The position numbers and the translations under genes are program-made. This document shows positions 47,682 through 57,594 of a DNA stretch of 64,000 nt, piece by piece (the stretch's first letter is position 1; each line of letters begins with the position of its first letter). Location of the stretch: IMG/VR virus record IMGVR_UViG_3300021960_000017, one strand, 5' to 3'. This DNA is from a virus (lineage: Duplodnaviria; Caudoviricetes). The notes beneath the pieces were generated by a model, which had not been told where the DNA came from, did not search any database, and saw only the letters and a list, made by a program, of their open reading frames with translations.

Positions 47682-48128
47682 ATGAAAACTGTCATAGTTA
47701 CAGTTGTTTTCAGTTATGTACTGTTGACTCAGGCATTTGCAAGTGAGTTAAGGCAGACTTGGAAAAGCCCTGCATTTAGTGGACAAGGCTATAGCAGTCA
47801 TGTATTGACCATTGAAAATCTAACACATCAACGCAAAGCAGAAATTAAATCAAAAGAAGAAGCCGCAGCAAGAGAAGCGGAACGAGACGCTGAAAATACA
47901 AACATTAATAAGTTCCTAAGAAACTTTGAAAGCCGAGTATATGCTGAATTGAGTAAACAGTTAAGTGAAAAACTGTTTGGAGAAGCAGCACAAGACAGTG
48001 GCACAATTGATATTATGGGAAATACTATTGAGTATAGTAGTGATGGAACAGCCGTGACAATGATTGTTACTGATGCTGATGGAACCACTACTACTCTTGT
48101 AGTACCACTATCAGGATTTGGATTCTGA
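47682..48128 (+). CDS. csgF: curli assembly protein CsgF-like
   Basis: Signal peptide; ASEL....KSPAFSG.G; FLRNFESRVYAELSKQL. Confidence 0.8.
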   Translation: MKTVIVTVVFSYVLLTQAFASELRQTWKSPAFSGQGYSSHVLTIENLTHQRKAEIKSKEEAAAREAERDAENTNINKFLRNFESRVYAELSKQLSEKLFGEAAQDSGTIDIMGNTIEYSSDGTAVTMIVTDADGTTTTLVVPLSGFGF

Positions 48129-48970
48129 TGTTAAGACTTGCTGCAATATGTTTACTAGCCTTGGGCTTGAGTGGGTGTATGATGGGCCACGAAGTTGCAA
48201 AAACTATGGAGCCCAGTGTGGCAGTAACTCCAATGCAACCTGGATTAAGAGACTTTCCCAAAATATCCAATGGCAAGCCAGTAACAGTTGCAGTTTATAA
48301 TTTTCTTGATAAAACAGGACAACGCAAGCCTGCAGATAACATAGCAAACATTAGCACTGCTGTTACCCAGGGTGCAGAGATATATTTAATTAAAGCATTA
48401 GACGATATTGCTGACGGAAACTTCTTTGATGTAGTCGAACGCAACGGAATGGAATCACTTATAAAAGAACGACAAATTATTCGCCAGGCACGAGAAAAGT
48501 ATGATCCCAATAAAGACCTGGCACCATTAAAATTTGCAGGTGTTATTATTGAAGGTGGTATTGTTGGATACGATTCCAACAAACATACAGGCGGCGCCGG
48601 CGCAAGAATAATGGGCATCGGACCACAAACAGAGTGGCGTGTTGATATTGTTACGGTAGGTATTAGAGCAGTAAGCGTTTTAACAGGCGAAGTTATATTA
48701 GCAGTTAGTGCGGAGAAGACAATACTAAGTACCAACACCGCTATTAATGTATTCAGATTTTATGATTTAGGCACAAAAGTTTTAGAAATTGAAGCTGGCA
48801 CTAGTACAAATGAGCCAGTCAATTATGCGGTACGGCAAGCAATAGAGTTCGCCGTGGTGCAGATGGTAGAAGAGGGAAAGAGAAAAGGATACTGGAATTA
48901 TGATAGCACAAAAATTCCAGAAAAATTTATAAAGAAGGAGTCTACACTCGATTTAAGAGACGTCAAGTAA
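48128..48970 (+). CDS. csgG: curli secretion channel CsgG
   Basis: Lipobox LSGC; VAVYNFLDKTGQRKP, STAVTQGA, FDVVER, LIKERQIIR, IIEGGIVGYD, EPVNYAVR. Confidence 0.92.
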   Translation: MLRLAAICLLALGLSGCMMGHEVAKTMEPSVAVTPMQPGLRDFPKISNGKPVTVAVYNFLDKTGQRKPADNIANISTAVTQGAEIYLIKALDDIADGNFFDVVERNGMESLIKERQIIRQAREKYDPNKDLAPLKFAGVIIEGGIVGYDSNKHTGGAGARIMGIGPQTEWRVDIVTVGIRAVSVLTGEVILAVSAEKTILSTNTAINVFRFYDLGTKVLEIEAGTSTNEPVNYAVRQAIEFAVVQMVEEGKRKGYWNYDSTKIPEKFIKKESTLDLRDVK

Positions 48971-48995
48971 CCGAGAGTACTTTAGGAGGATTACT

Positions 48996-49697
48996 ATGAG
49001 AGGCATAGTAGTAGGAGGAGCAATATTGCTATTAGCAATGTCCAGTAGGGCATTTGCTGATAACTTGATCTATATAGATCAAACAGGCAGTAGTGCAACC
49101 ATAAACATTAACCAGGACGGTACAGGTAACCGTGTTGGTGCAAGTGGCGATGACAGCGTAAGTGATGGTGCAACCACCACTATGGACATCGATCAAGTTG
49201 GTACAAGCAACGTCTTGGATTATGATATCTATGGCGACACAGCCAACATTACTTCCAATATAACTGGTAACTCATCAGACATTGATATTCAGGTTGGTAC
49301 CACAGGCGGTAGCAACGGTGGATCAGATGATGTTGACATTACAATTAATGCAAGCGGCGGTAACTCAAATACAGTTAGTGCAAATGTGGGCACATCCGCA
49401 AGTGGTGTTGATGATGTTGACATTGATGTTGATATTACTGGCGGAAGTAATAGTGTAACAATAACAGAAAACTCAACAGCAGCAAGTATTTCAGATAAAA
49501 TCACAGATGTAGATATTACTGGTAGTACAAACACTGTCACAGCAACAAAGAGCGGTGCTTCACAGCACGACACAACATTGAATATAACAGGCTCAAGTAA
49601 TACATTTAGTGTTACACAGTCTGGAGCAGAAGCGAGCACTGTAGATGTTACAACGAACGGGTCTAGTAGTAGCGTTACTATTACTGTTACAGATTAA
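48996..49697 (+). CDS. curlin-repeat-like secreted protein
   Basis: Signal peptide; repeated I-x-Q/I-x-G-x-x-N units (IDQTGSS, NQDGTGN, DQVGTSN, ITGSTN). Confidence 0.75.
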   Translation: MRGIVVGGAILLLAMSSRAFADNLIYIDQTGSSATININQDGTGNRVGASGDDSVSDGATTTMDIDQVGTSNVLDYDIYGDTANITSNITGNSSDIDIQVGTTGGSNGGSDDVDITINASGGNSNTVSANVGTSASGVDDVDIDVDITGGSNSVTITENSTAASISDKITDVDITGSTNTVTATKSGASQHDTTLNITGSSNTFSVTQSGAEASTVDVTTNGSSSSVTITVTD

Positions 49698-50727
49698 TTT
49701 TGTAACAGAGTCACATGCAGCCGTAGGGCAAGTTGAACAGCAGTTGGGTACTGCTGAAGTGCTGCGATCTGGTGACAAAAAGACCAGCAGTGTTGGATTT
49801 GGCATAGAGATGATGGATGAAGTCAGATCCGGCAACGGTATTGTAGGTATAGGATTTGAAGATCAAACAAAAGTTCGTGTTGACAAACATTCAAAGTTAG
49901 TCATAGATGATTTTATCTATGACCCCAAGAAACCCAATGCAAGCAAACTAGGACTAAAGGTTGCGTTGGGCACTGTCCGATATGCCAGTGGACTTATTGC
50001 TAAACAGAATAGACAGTCTGTTAGCATCCGCACTCCCACCGCTTCCATTGGTGTAAGAGGAACGGCATTCAGTATGACTGTGGATGAGATAGGTCGTTCA
50101 TTAGTCATACTGTTGCCTAACCCGGACGGCACAGTAGGTGAAATTGCTGTTACAAGTGATGTAGGAACTGTCATAATGAATCAAGCATTCCAGGCTACAC
50201 TTGTTACTGCTACTGAAAAGCCACCTGCTAAACCAGTAATACTGGATCTATCAGAGGCAATGATTAATAACCTCCTAATTATCAATCGCCCTAAAAGAAT
50301 TGAAAAAGAATACTCAACAGATGAAGAAAGTAGCAATGTCCTAGATTTTAATGAACTGGACGTTGACTACCTAGCAGCAAATGAACTTGAAGAAGAGCAA
50401 TTAGAATTTACAAGACTGGACTTTAACTTGTTAGATGCTGATTTACTACAAAATATTCTGGACATTGTAAACAGACGATTAGCAAGTGCAGATCGTTTTC
50501 CAACCAATCCTATATTTTCAGGACAATACGAAGGTGGTAACACACAGATATTTGGCGGCGAGAATGAAGATTGGGAAATATACAGACAAGTTGATGGACG
50601 CATAGTTAGTATTAAAACGCCAAGCACACAGGATACTCAGATAATTTTAAATCAAGCAGGTAGTGCAGTTACATTACACACAACGGAGGATGCTAGTGAT
50701 TCGGTTATTACTATTACTCAAAATTAG
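49645..50727 (+). CDS. FecR-domain periplasmic protein
   Basis: Signal/TM; DEVRSGNG, FEDQTKVRV..HSKLVID, IRTPTASIGVRGT. Confidence 0.85.
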   Translation: MLQRTGLVVALLLLLQINFVTESHAAVGQVEQQLGTAEVLRSGDKKTSSVGFGIEMMDEVRSGNGIVGIGFEDQTKVRVDKHSKLVIDDFIYDPKKPNASKLGLKVALGTVRYASGLIAKQNRQSVSIRTPTASIGVRGTAFSMTVDEIGRSLVILLPNPDGTVGEIAVTSDVGTVIMNQAFQATLVTATEKPPAKPVILDLSEAMINNLLIINRPKRIEKEYSTDEESSNVLDFNELDVDYLAANELEEEQLEFTRLDFNLLDADLLQNILDIVNRRLASADRFPTNPIFSGQYEGGNTQIFGGENEDWEIYRQVDGRIVSIKTPSTQDTQIILNQAGSAVTLHTTEDASDSVITITQN

Positions 50728-51490
50728 CATCCTAGTTTTTACTAGCGTTGCTCATGCTGACAATATTATTAATATTGAACAAGTTACGAGCGGCAACTCT
50801 AATAATATTACTGTTAGCATGGAAGGTAGTGGCAACAAAGTAGATTACAGCTTTGGCGGCGCTGGCAATACAGTAACCATAGACCAAAAAGGCGATGATG
50901 GTTATGTTGGGTATACAACAGCCTGGGGCAGTGGAGCACAGTGGGGCGGCGACTTGGACGGCGACAATAATAACTTGAATATAAAACAATTATGTAATCA
51001 ATCTCCATGTGGTGGAGATAGATTTGAATTTCATATCGCAGGCAATAGTAATGATGTTGATTTTTACCAGGGATATAGAGCATATAGTGATGGTACACTA
51101 GATACGGTGGATGATTATGAATATGGTGGCCACTTTGTGCAGTTAGACATCCACGGTTCCAACAATAAATTTTTAGGAAGTCAACGAGCAAATAATTCAG
51201 GTCACGAACATTCAAATACAACTGGCATATATGGTAATTACAATAACGTTTTTGCTGTACAGTGGGGCAATCAAGATAAGACAATAAACTTAACAATTAA
51301 CAATAGCAATAATGATGTAGATATTGTGCAAAAAGGCAGCGCACCTCATACTGCTACCATCAATTTAAGTGGTGACTATGGAACAACTCTAGACTTACTG
51401 CAACAAAGTGATACAACACAATCTTATTCTCTGAGCCAAAACTGTCTAACAGCAGGCGGTTGTAGCGTAAGCGTTACACAGGGTAACTAA
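50663..51490 (+). CDS. second curlin-repeat-like secreted protein
   Basis: Signal ending AHA-D; IEQVTSGNSN, IDQKGDDG, VQWGNQ, IVQKGS, LLQQS repeats; alternative ATG at 50690. Confidence 0.7.
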   Translation: MQLHYTQRRMLVIRLLLLLKISILVFTSVAHADNIINIEQVTSGNSNNITVSMEGSGNKVDYSFGGAGNTVTIDQKGDDGYVGYTTAWGSGAQWGGDLDGDNNNLNIKQLCNQSPCGGDRFEFHIAGNSNDVDFYQGYRAYSDGTLDTVDDYEYGGHFVQLDIHGSNNKFLGSQRANNSGHEHSNTTGIYGNYNNVFAVQWGNQDKTINLTINNSNNDVDIVQKGSAPHTATINLSGDYGTTLDLLQQSDTTQSYSLSQNCLTAGGCSVSVTQGN

Positions 51491-51607
51491 TAAATACTAC
51501 AGTTATACAGATAGATTCAATAGCAAATCAAGAATAATAGTTTGAATCAACACAAGTAAAATACATCGATAATATTATAACGCCCTTATTTTGTAGAGGA
51601 GAGAAAA

Positions 51608-53668
51608 ATGAGGCGTCTATTATTGACTAGCGTCAGTGTGGCTGCACTGATGTCAACAACAGCCATGGCTGGAACTGCTAGCCTACAAGCATCAGGCATG
51701 GGATTGCTTGAAAACGAATGGGTTAAAGCAGGTATAAACACAACAACAGGTACACTAGGTTCAGGAAACGGCACAAGTCCAGGATTATTGTTTGATCCAA
51801 CAGGAACTGGAACATTCAACCCTAGTTACGACTATCTAACCCCAGGATCACCATTTGATGGTTTTGCTGTGAAAGTAGATGGAACAAATTACTATAATAA
51901 CAACGCTGGAAACCAAGTTAACATAACAAAGTCCGGAGATGGAACAGGAGATAATGTTATCGCCTGGGACGGCAGTGTGTCCGGTGTTTTTGATTTGACA
52001 AATAACTATGTATTGTTAGCAGGAAACCCATACATTGATATTACCACAAGTATTACAATGAGCATTGCTGCTGACAGTGTAAGTTTTGCAAAATACATTG
52101 ATCCAGACAGTCAGGGTATGCCTGGCGACAGCTCAGCAACTGACAATGTGTTAGGTTATGGAGTTATTCCAAGTACTAATGTTGCGTTCTCAGAAGCAAC
52201 TGTAAGTCGTTACGCATTAGGTATCTATACAACAGATACAAACGTAACCGCAGGTGTAGAAAACTGGACACAAGAAGCTGATGGCTATAGTGGCACAAAC
52301 TATACAGACGCAGATGGTAATGCTTTAACCTACGGCACTAGTGACGACACCATTGGTATTAGTTGGACATGGACAGGCGTTAGTGCAGGTGACGTTTTAA
52401 CAGCAAGTTATGCTTACATCTTTGGTCCAAGTGCATTTGATGCAGCAGATGATGCTGTATCAGGCGGAGCAGGTGGTGGCGACACTACTGTTACAGATGG
52501 TTGGGGTACAGTTACAGACGTTGGTTCAGCAACTGATGCGGCAGAAAGTGGCGCAACAGGCGGTGATTCATCACCAACAGTTGTTAGCACAAGTACAGAA
52601 ACAATTACAAGCACAAGTGAAGCAACAAGTACTACACTTCCTGTTCTTACAGCAAGTTTAACACATCATGAAGCAAGTATTGCGGGTGGTGTACAAACAG
52701 TTGACAGAGAAAAAACTACAACTGTAACTACACCTGTAAATGTTACAACTACAAGTTTTGTACGAACAACAACAACATATAGTGATGGTAGTACAACTAC
52801 TTCAGATGGCGAAGCCACAAGTACAGTAGTAGTACGCAACGATGTTGTTTCAAGTTTAGAAATACTTCCTGACTTATCAGGACGTATTGATCAACAGCAA
52901 AAAATGGATGCAATTGGTGAAAGTATTAACCGTGGCATGCATGTAGATCCGTTTAAAGCAGGTGGTGCTAAAACTGAATGGGGTCAAATGTGGGCAATAG
53001 GCGGTTATGGCAAAACCAAATTGGATAACAGTTACGAAGCAGATACACAAAGTTTTGGCTTACAAATTGAATTCCAACCAATGGCAGAGTGGCGTATTAG
53101 TTTAGGTGTGGCAAAATCACACACTGATCTTTCTGGTACAGGTAGCTCAAGTGACTTGGATAAAATAAATGTTAACATTGGTAGCATTTATGATTTAGGT
53201 AGCATAATACTTGTTACAGATGCTGGTATTGCTAAAAATGAATATACAAATTCAAGAGACATTGATGTTTATTCAAATGCTAGCCAATCAGAAGGTACTG
53301 ACATGATACTTAAACAGCGTGTATACTACAAGTTGAGTGACAGCATTACTCCATTTGTTGGTGGTGCCGTTACAAGAACATCTAGAGATGCTTATGCAGA
53401 ATCTGGTTGGGTAGTAACTGCAAGAGAAGTTGGCAAGGTAGAAGAAACTACAGAATACGGTGAAGCAGGCGTTCGTTTACAACATAGCGTTGCAGGCTTT
53501 GATGTATTTGGACAGGGTAGTATTACTACAGACGAATATATGACTGCAAGTGCAGGCATTAGTTACGAAATTACAGAAAATGCTAGTGTAAGCATTACTG
53601 CTAATGGTAGCAAACAGGATGATATGAAATCCGTATCGGGTAACTTATCAGCAAACATTAAGTTTTAA
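51608..53668 (+). CDS. autotransporter-like protein (passenger, S/T-rich linker, C-terminal beta-barrel)
   Basis: Signal peptide; S/T-rich linker; WAIGGYG...GEAGVRL...SANIKF barrel. Confidence 0.75.
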   Translation: MRRLLLTSVSVAALMSTTAMAGTASLQASGMGLLENEWVKAGINTTTGTLGSGNGTSPGLLFDPTGTGTFNPSYDYLTPGSPFDGFAVKVDGTNYYNNNAGNQVNITKSGDGTGDNVIAWDGSVSGVFDLTNNYVLLAGNPYIDITTSITMSIAADSVSFAKYIDPDSQGMPGDSSATDNVLGYGVIPSTNVAFSEATVSRYALGIYTTDTNVTAGVENWTQEADGYSGTNYTDADGNALTYGTSDDTIGISWTWTGVSAGDVLTASYAYIFGPSAFDAADDAVSGGAGGGDTTVTDGWGTVTDVGSATDAAESGATGGDSSPTVVSTSTETITSTSEATSTTLPVLTASLTHHEASIAGGVQTVDREKTTTVTTPVNVTTTSFVRTTTTYSDGSTTTSDGEATSTVVVRNDVVSSLEILPDLSGRIDQQQKMDAIGESINRGMHVDPFKAGGAKTEWGQMWAIGGYGKTKLDNSYEADTQSFGLQIEFQPMAEWRISLGVAKSHTDLSGTGSSSDLDKINVNIGSIYDLGSIILVTDAGIAKNEYTNSRDIDVYSNASQSEGTDMILKQRVYYKLSDSITPFVGGAVTRTSRDAYAESGWVVTAREVGKVEETTEYGEAGVRLQHSVAGFDVFGQGSITTDEYMTASAGISYEITENASVSITANGSKQDDMKSVSGNLSANIKF

Positions 53669-53674
53669 TGTACT

Positions 53675-53697
53675 GGGGGGCGTTAAGCCCCCCTTTT
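53675..53697 (+). terminator. intrinsic terminator
   Basis: GGGGGGC-GTTAA-GCCCCCC-TTTT, followed by TAAATA. Confidence 0.8.
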
Positions 53698-53713
53698 ACT
53701 AAATAGAGTTGCA

Positions 53714-55771
53714 ATGGGAAAACTTTTAACCAGCACTTGGATGGCTGTTGTAACTCTATTAATATTAGTCACCCTGCGTGTTTGGGACCCAGCTCCTGTA
53801 GAAACACTGCGACTAAAAGGCTTTGATTACTTACAAAGCCAAGAGCAAAAACAGCAAAGCAAAGACATTGTACTCTTAGACATAGGTGAACCTAGTCTGG
53901 ATGCGTTTGGTCAGTGGCCCTGGCCACGTGATTACTTTGCAAGCATAATGATGAAGTTGCGTGAAAATGGCGCACAACTTATAACATTTGTAGTGTTTTT
54001 CCCAGAAGCAGATCGTATGCAACAGGATCCTGCATTTGCAGATATACTGTCACAGGATCCCTATACAATACTAGCACAAACAGCAACTAACCGTGCGCTT
54101 AAAACACACGGCAAACACATTGCAGCAAACTGGATAGGTGATGATCCCACACCCTGGTTATACAACTGGCCCGGACTTGTTAAGAACATTGACCTATTAG
54201 AAAATGCTGCTAAAGGTGTTGGCATGGTTGCAGTAGCACCTGAAGTGGATAATCTTGTTAGACGACTACCCTTGGTGGTAAGGATTGCGGATCAAATATA
54301 TCCTAACCTTGCTATAGAGTTTATTCGTGTAGCAACCGGTGATCCTGGTTATCAGATTAAAACAGGTGAAAGTGGTATTCAGGCCGTAAGAGTGCCTGGA
54401 TATAATGTTGTTAAAACTGATCCTCATAGTAGAATGTGGATTGACTTTAACAAAACCTATGACAGAATTGAAGTGTCGGAGGAAGACTGGAGCAGGGTAA
54501 ATGGCAAGCATGTGTTCATTGGAACTACAGCAGCCGGACTTGCCAACTTCATTAGTACGCCAACGGGCCTTGTATATCCACATGAAATACAAGCGAGCCT
54601 GGTTCAAACAATCCTAGATGGAACCTTTATACAACGACAAGACTTTATGAACACACTGGAAGCAATAGCGTTTGCAGTGTTTGGCATAATACTCTTGTTG
54701 GTTGTTCCCCGTACAAGCGTCTTGCTCACAGTACCAGTATTGCTGTTATACCTGGGCGGCGTAGGGGGTTACAGTTATTATGAGTGGACAGATAGTAAAA
54801 ATCTTGTGGACGCAACCTTCCCAATGGCAGCGGGCTTTTTACTATTTGCTCATCTCATATACAATAACTTTGCAAGAGAATTCCGTCAGAAGATGGAAAT
54901 TAAAAAACAGTTTGCAGGTTATTGCTCACCCGAAGTTGTTAAAATACTTCAAACAAATCCGGACTTGATCAAGAAGGGTGTTAAAAAAGATGTTAGCGTT
55001 ATGTTTAGTGATTTGCGTGGATTTACTCCCATTGGCGAACATTATGGTGACGATGTACAAGGCTTAGGAGAATATATGAATGGGTATATGGACTCAATTA
55101 CCCGACCAATTCTGGAAAAAAATGGTATGGTTATTAAGTATGTTGGGGATGCTAGCATGCATATCCATGGCGCTCCTATCGACGATCCTAATCATGCTCA
55201 TACTTGTGTGGATGTTGGATTAAAGATGATAGATGCTGTACAAAAATACAGCGCAGAAAAGGTAGCACAAGGATTACCCAAAGCAGAGATGGGCTTTGGT
55301 ATTAACACTGGTGATGGCTTTATTGGCGAGATGGGATCAACTGCCAGACACAGTTATGACATTTTAGGCGATATGGTTAGCACCGCAGCACGTCTAGAAG
55401 CACGTTGTAAGGCATATGGTGTACTGTGTATTATTGGTGCAGAAACATACAAACGCACCAGTGACGACTTCTTTTACTTGTTCTTAGATAACCTACAGCC
55501 CAAAGGCAAAAGCACTCCAGACTTTATCTATACAGCTCTAGGTGGCGACAGTAGTGGTTGGACCAAACACAAGTCAGATCATATTGAAATGCACAAACTT
55601 TACAAAGCACAAAAGTTTGATGAAGCCATTGCGATGTGTAAAACGATGTATGGTAACTTTGATGGTAAGATGGACAAGTATTATGACATCTGGATAGAGC
55701 GTTGCGAACTAATGAAGACACAGGACTTGCCCAAGGATTGGAACGGCGCATTTGTTGCTACGGAGAAATAA
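53714..55771 (+). CDS. CHASE2-domain class III adenylate/guanylate cyclase
   Basis: IVLLDIGE..L...GQWPWPR CHASE2; three TM helices; FSDLRGFT, KYVGDA, GINTG, GEMGS, ILGDMVSTAARLE. Confidence 0.92.
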   Translation: MGKLLTSTWMAVVTLLILVTLRVWDPAPVETLRLKGFDYLQSQEQKQQSKDIVLLDIGEPSLDAFGQWPWPRDYFASIMMKLRENGAQLITFVVFFPEADRMQQDPAFADILSQDPYTILAQTATNRALKTHGKHIAANWIGDDPTPWLYNWPGLVKNIDLLENAAKGVGMVAVAPEVDNLVRRLPLVVRIADQIYPNLAIEFIRVATGDPGYQIKTGESGIQAVRVPGYNVVKTDPHSRMWIDFNKTYDRIEVSEEDWSRVNGKHVFIGTTAAGLANFISTPTGLVYPHEIQASLVQTILDGTFIQRQDFMNTLEAIAFAVFGIILLLVVPRTSVLLTVPVLLLYLGGVGGYSYYEWTDSKNLVDATFPMAAGFLLFAHLIYNNFAREFRQKMEIKKQFAGYCSPEVVKILQTNPDLIKKGVKKDVSVMFSDLRGFTPIGEHYGDDVQGLGEYMNGYMDSITRPILEKNGMVIKYVGDASMHIHGAPIDDPNHAHTCVDVGLKMIDAVQKYSAEKVAQGLPKAEMGFGINTGDGFIGEMGSTARHSYDILGDMVSTAARLEARCKAYGVLCIIGAETYKRTSDDFFYLFLDNLQPKGKSTPDFIYTALGGDSSGWTKHKSDHIEMHKLYKAQKFDEAIAMCKTMYGNFDGKMDKYYDIWIERCELMKTQDLPKDWNGAFVATEK

Positions 55772-56249
55772 TCCTAATAACTTTCTTATGCCAAACATAT
55801 TCAGGCCAGGGCACTATATTTGTATATTCAATCTGTGTTATATACCATGGTTTTACTAAGTTAAATCTATTATCCAATAGCAAATCGTTTACTCTGACTA
55901 TGGCATGATACATATTGTCTTTTGGACTAAAAACAGTATATAGTCTAGGTTTGTAGCCTTGCTCGTCAAGTAATGTATAGATTGTTACAGCAAAATCATC
56001 ACAATCACCATAAAACCTTCTGTTCTTTTTCACTCTATAACTATAGTCTATCCATAAATCTTCGCCAGGACGGTCACTTACATAACTAAAGTTTTTGTAA
56101 ACACGATCGAATATGTTATAAATTTCAACAGACCTGTCTTGCTGGCGTATAGCCTGATCTAGTATGCTGTTTATATTTTGAGCATAAACACCACTAGAAA
56201 TTAGCAGAGCAACAACTAGAGTGCTACACCAAACATATAGCCTAGCCAT
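55758..56249 (-). CDS. transglutaminase-like cysteine protease (LapG/BTLCP-like)
   Basis: Signal peptide; GDCDDFAV, YHAIVRV, LLLDNR (Cys-His-Asp). Confidence 0.75.
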   Translation of the reverse strand: MARLYVWCSTLVVALLISSGVYAQNINSILDQAIRQQDRSVEIYNIFDRVYKNFSYVSDRPGEDLWIDYSYRVKKNRRFYGDCDDFAVTIYTLLDEQGYKPRLYTVFSPKDNMYHAIVRVNDLLLDNRFNLVKPWYITQIEYTNIVPWPEYVWHKKVIRIISP

Positions 56250-56351
56250 AAACCTAATGTGAATCCAGCCGCTAATGCAACAACCAGATCACTGCCTTTG
56301 TACTGATAGGGAAACTGTTCTTTCATTAGTTCCCGCATTCTTATTTCAGAG

Positions 56352-56663
56352 TCAGGTAACTTTTTTGTTTGACTTAGAAACTTCATCGACCTCTTCCTCC
56401 TTTACAGATATAAGTTTGTCCTCGCTTAATCTGTGCTTTTCTTGATACTCTAAAATCATGTTTAGTTTTTGATTTAAGCGTATAAGGTCATTGTCTAACA
56501 TTCTTATACGATCAATAAGTGCAATTAGCGTAGTGTTTGCTTCGCCAATTACAGGCTTTACTGTTTTGGTGCTCCATTGCCAAACGTAAAATACAAAGTA
56601 ACCTAATCCTACTGCCGCTACAATAGGAAATCCAAAATCTTTAATTAGTTGTGCTATGTCCAT
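56352..56663 (-). CDS. small membrane protein, YvrJ-like
   Basis: LIKDFGFPIVAAVGLGYFV. Confidence 0.55.
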   Translation of the reverse strand: MDIAQLIKDFGFPIVAAVGLGYFVFYVWQWSTKTVKPVIGEANTTLIALIDRIRMLDNDLIRLNQKLNMILEYQEKHRLSEDKLISVKEEEVDEVSKSNKKVT

Positions 56664-56865
56664 CCCACTGTCCTTTAATAAACCATTTTGTTAATTTGTC
56701 CATCTTAACAAGTTTGCCGGTTTCGTTGACTACAAAAATGTCGCCAACTTCAAATAACTTTTTATCCAGTAATTCAGTAGGCCAGTTTGTATCAGGCACT
56801 ACAGTTAAATCACCATTTGGATCCTGTTGTATAGTGTAATCTATCCATGATTTAAGACCACTCAT
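56641..56865 (-). CDS. hypothetical protein
   Basis: 74 aa, coupled to both neighbours. Confidence 0.5.
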   Translation of the reverse strand: MSGLKSWIDYTIQQDPNGDLTVVPDTNWPTELLDKKLFEVGDIFVVNETGKLVKMDKLTKWFIKGQWDGHSTTN

Positions 56866-57143
56866 TAATCTCTCCTTGCATCTTTTTTGCCATCTGCTCT
56901 GGCAATACGGTCCATATCAGGACGCACTCCGAAAGCATTGCTCATCAAAGTGTCGATGCGTATGACATCATGGTTCATAGTTTGCACACGGTTGTCCAGT
57001 GCAGTAATGATACCTTTCATACCATTAATGCTACCTTCAACTGAGTTCAAAATAAATTTTACTGATAAAAAAACAAAATAGCCCGCTGCACATGCCGCGG
57101 CGATGGGGAAGCCCACCTCGGCTATCAGACCAAAGATCTCCAT
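56865..57143 (-). CDS. small membrane protein, paralog of 56352
   Basis: LIAEVGFPIAAACAAGYFV; ALDNRVQTMNHDVIRID vs ALIDRIRMLDNDLIRLN. Confidence 0.6.
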   Translation of the reverse strand: MEIFGLIAEVGFPIAAACAAGYFVFLSVKFILNSVEGSINGMKGIITALDNRVQTMNHDVIRIDTLMSNAFGVRPDMDRIARADGKKDARRD

Positions 57144-57200
57144 CTTTGCACTCCTCGATTCACATCCTAGGATGTATACTTACTCTCCAGAAGTATTTAG

Positions 57201-57554
57201 TTAAAGGAGTACTATTATAGAATAATATGTGATGTAGTGACAAAGTTGATCAATGCTAGTAAGCCATAGCCAAACTTTTCCATACTTTACATACGGGCTT
57301 CGTTTTACTAGTGTGCTTTTAACGAAGTCAATGTGCCAGTGCGCCAACCAGTCTATTATACCAGCGAGTAAGGCAGTAACAGGGCCAACAAACATAAGTG
57401 CTACGAAAAAGGTAGCAATGCCATGCAACCCGTAATGATACTGGGCAAGTTTACTATAATAGTTTGCTTTGTTTAGGGGGCCTTGCATACCTTGTATGCC
57501 AATGTCCACTATAGCATGCTTGACTAGCAATGCTAAGAAAAAGGTTAATTCCAT
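57201..57554 (-). CDS. DUF3307-like membrane protein
   Basis: KHAIVD, LHG, HWHIDFVK, DQLCH. Confidence 0.7.
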   Translation of the reverse strand: MELTFFLALLVKHAIVDIGIQGMQGPLNKANYYSKLAQYHYGLHGIATFFVALMFVGPVTALLAGIIDWLAHWHIDFVKSTLVKRSPYVKYGKVWLWLTSIDQLCHYITYYSIIVLL

Positions 57555-57559
57555 AGAAT

Positions 57560-57576
57560 TATTTATAGACTAAATA
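57560..57576. promoter_or_regulatory. back-to-back late promoters
   Basis: TATAAATA on the minus strand (57560-57567) and TAAATA on the plus strand (57571-57576). Confidence 0.65.
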
Positions 57577-57594
57577 TTATAAACAAGTTAATAT

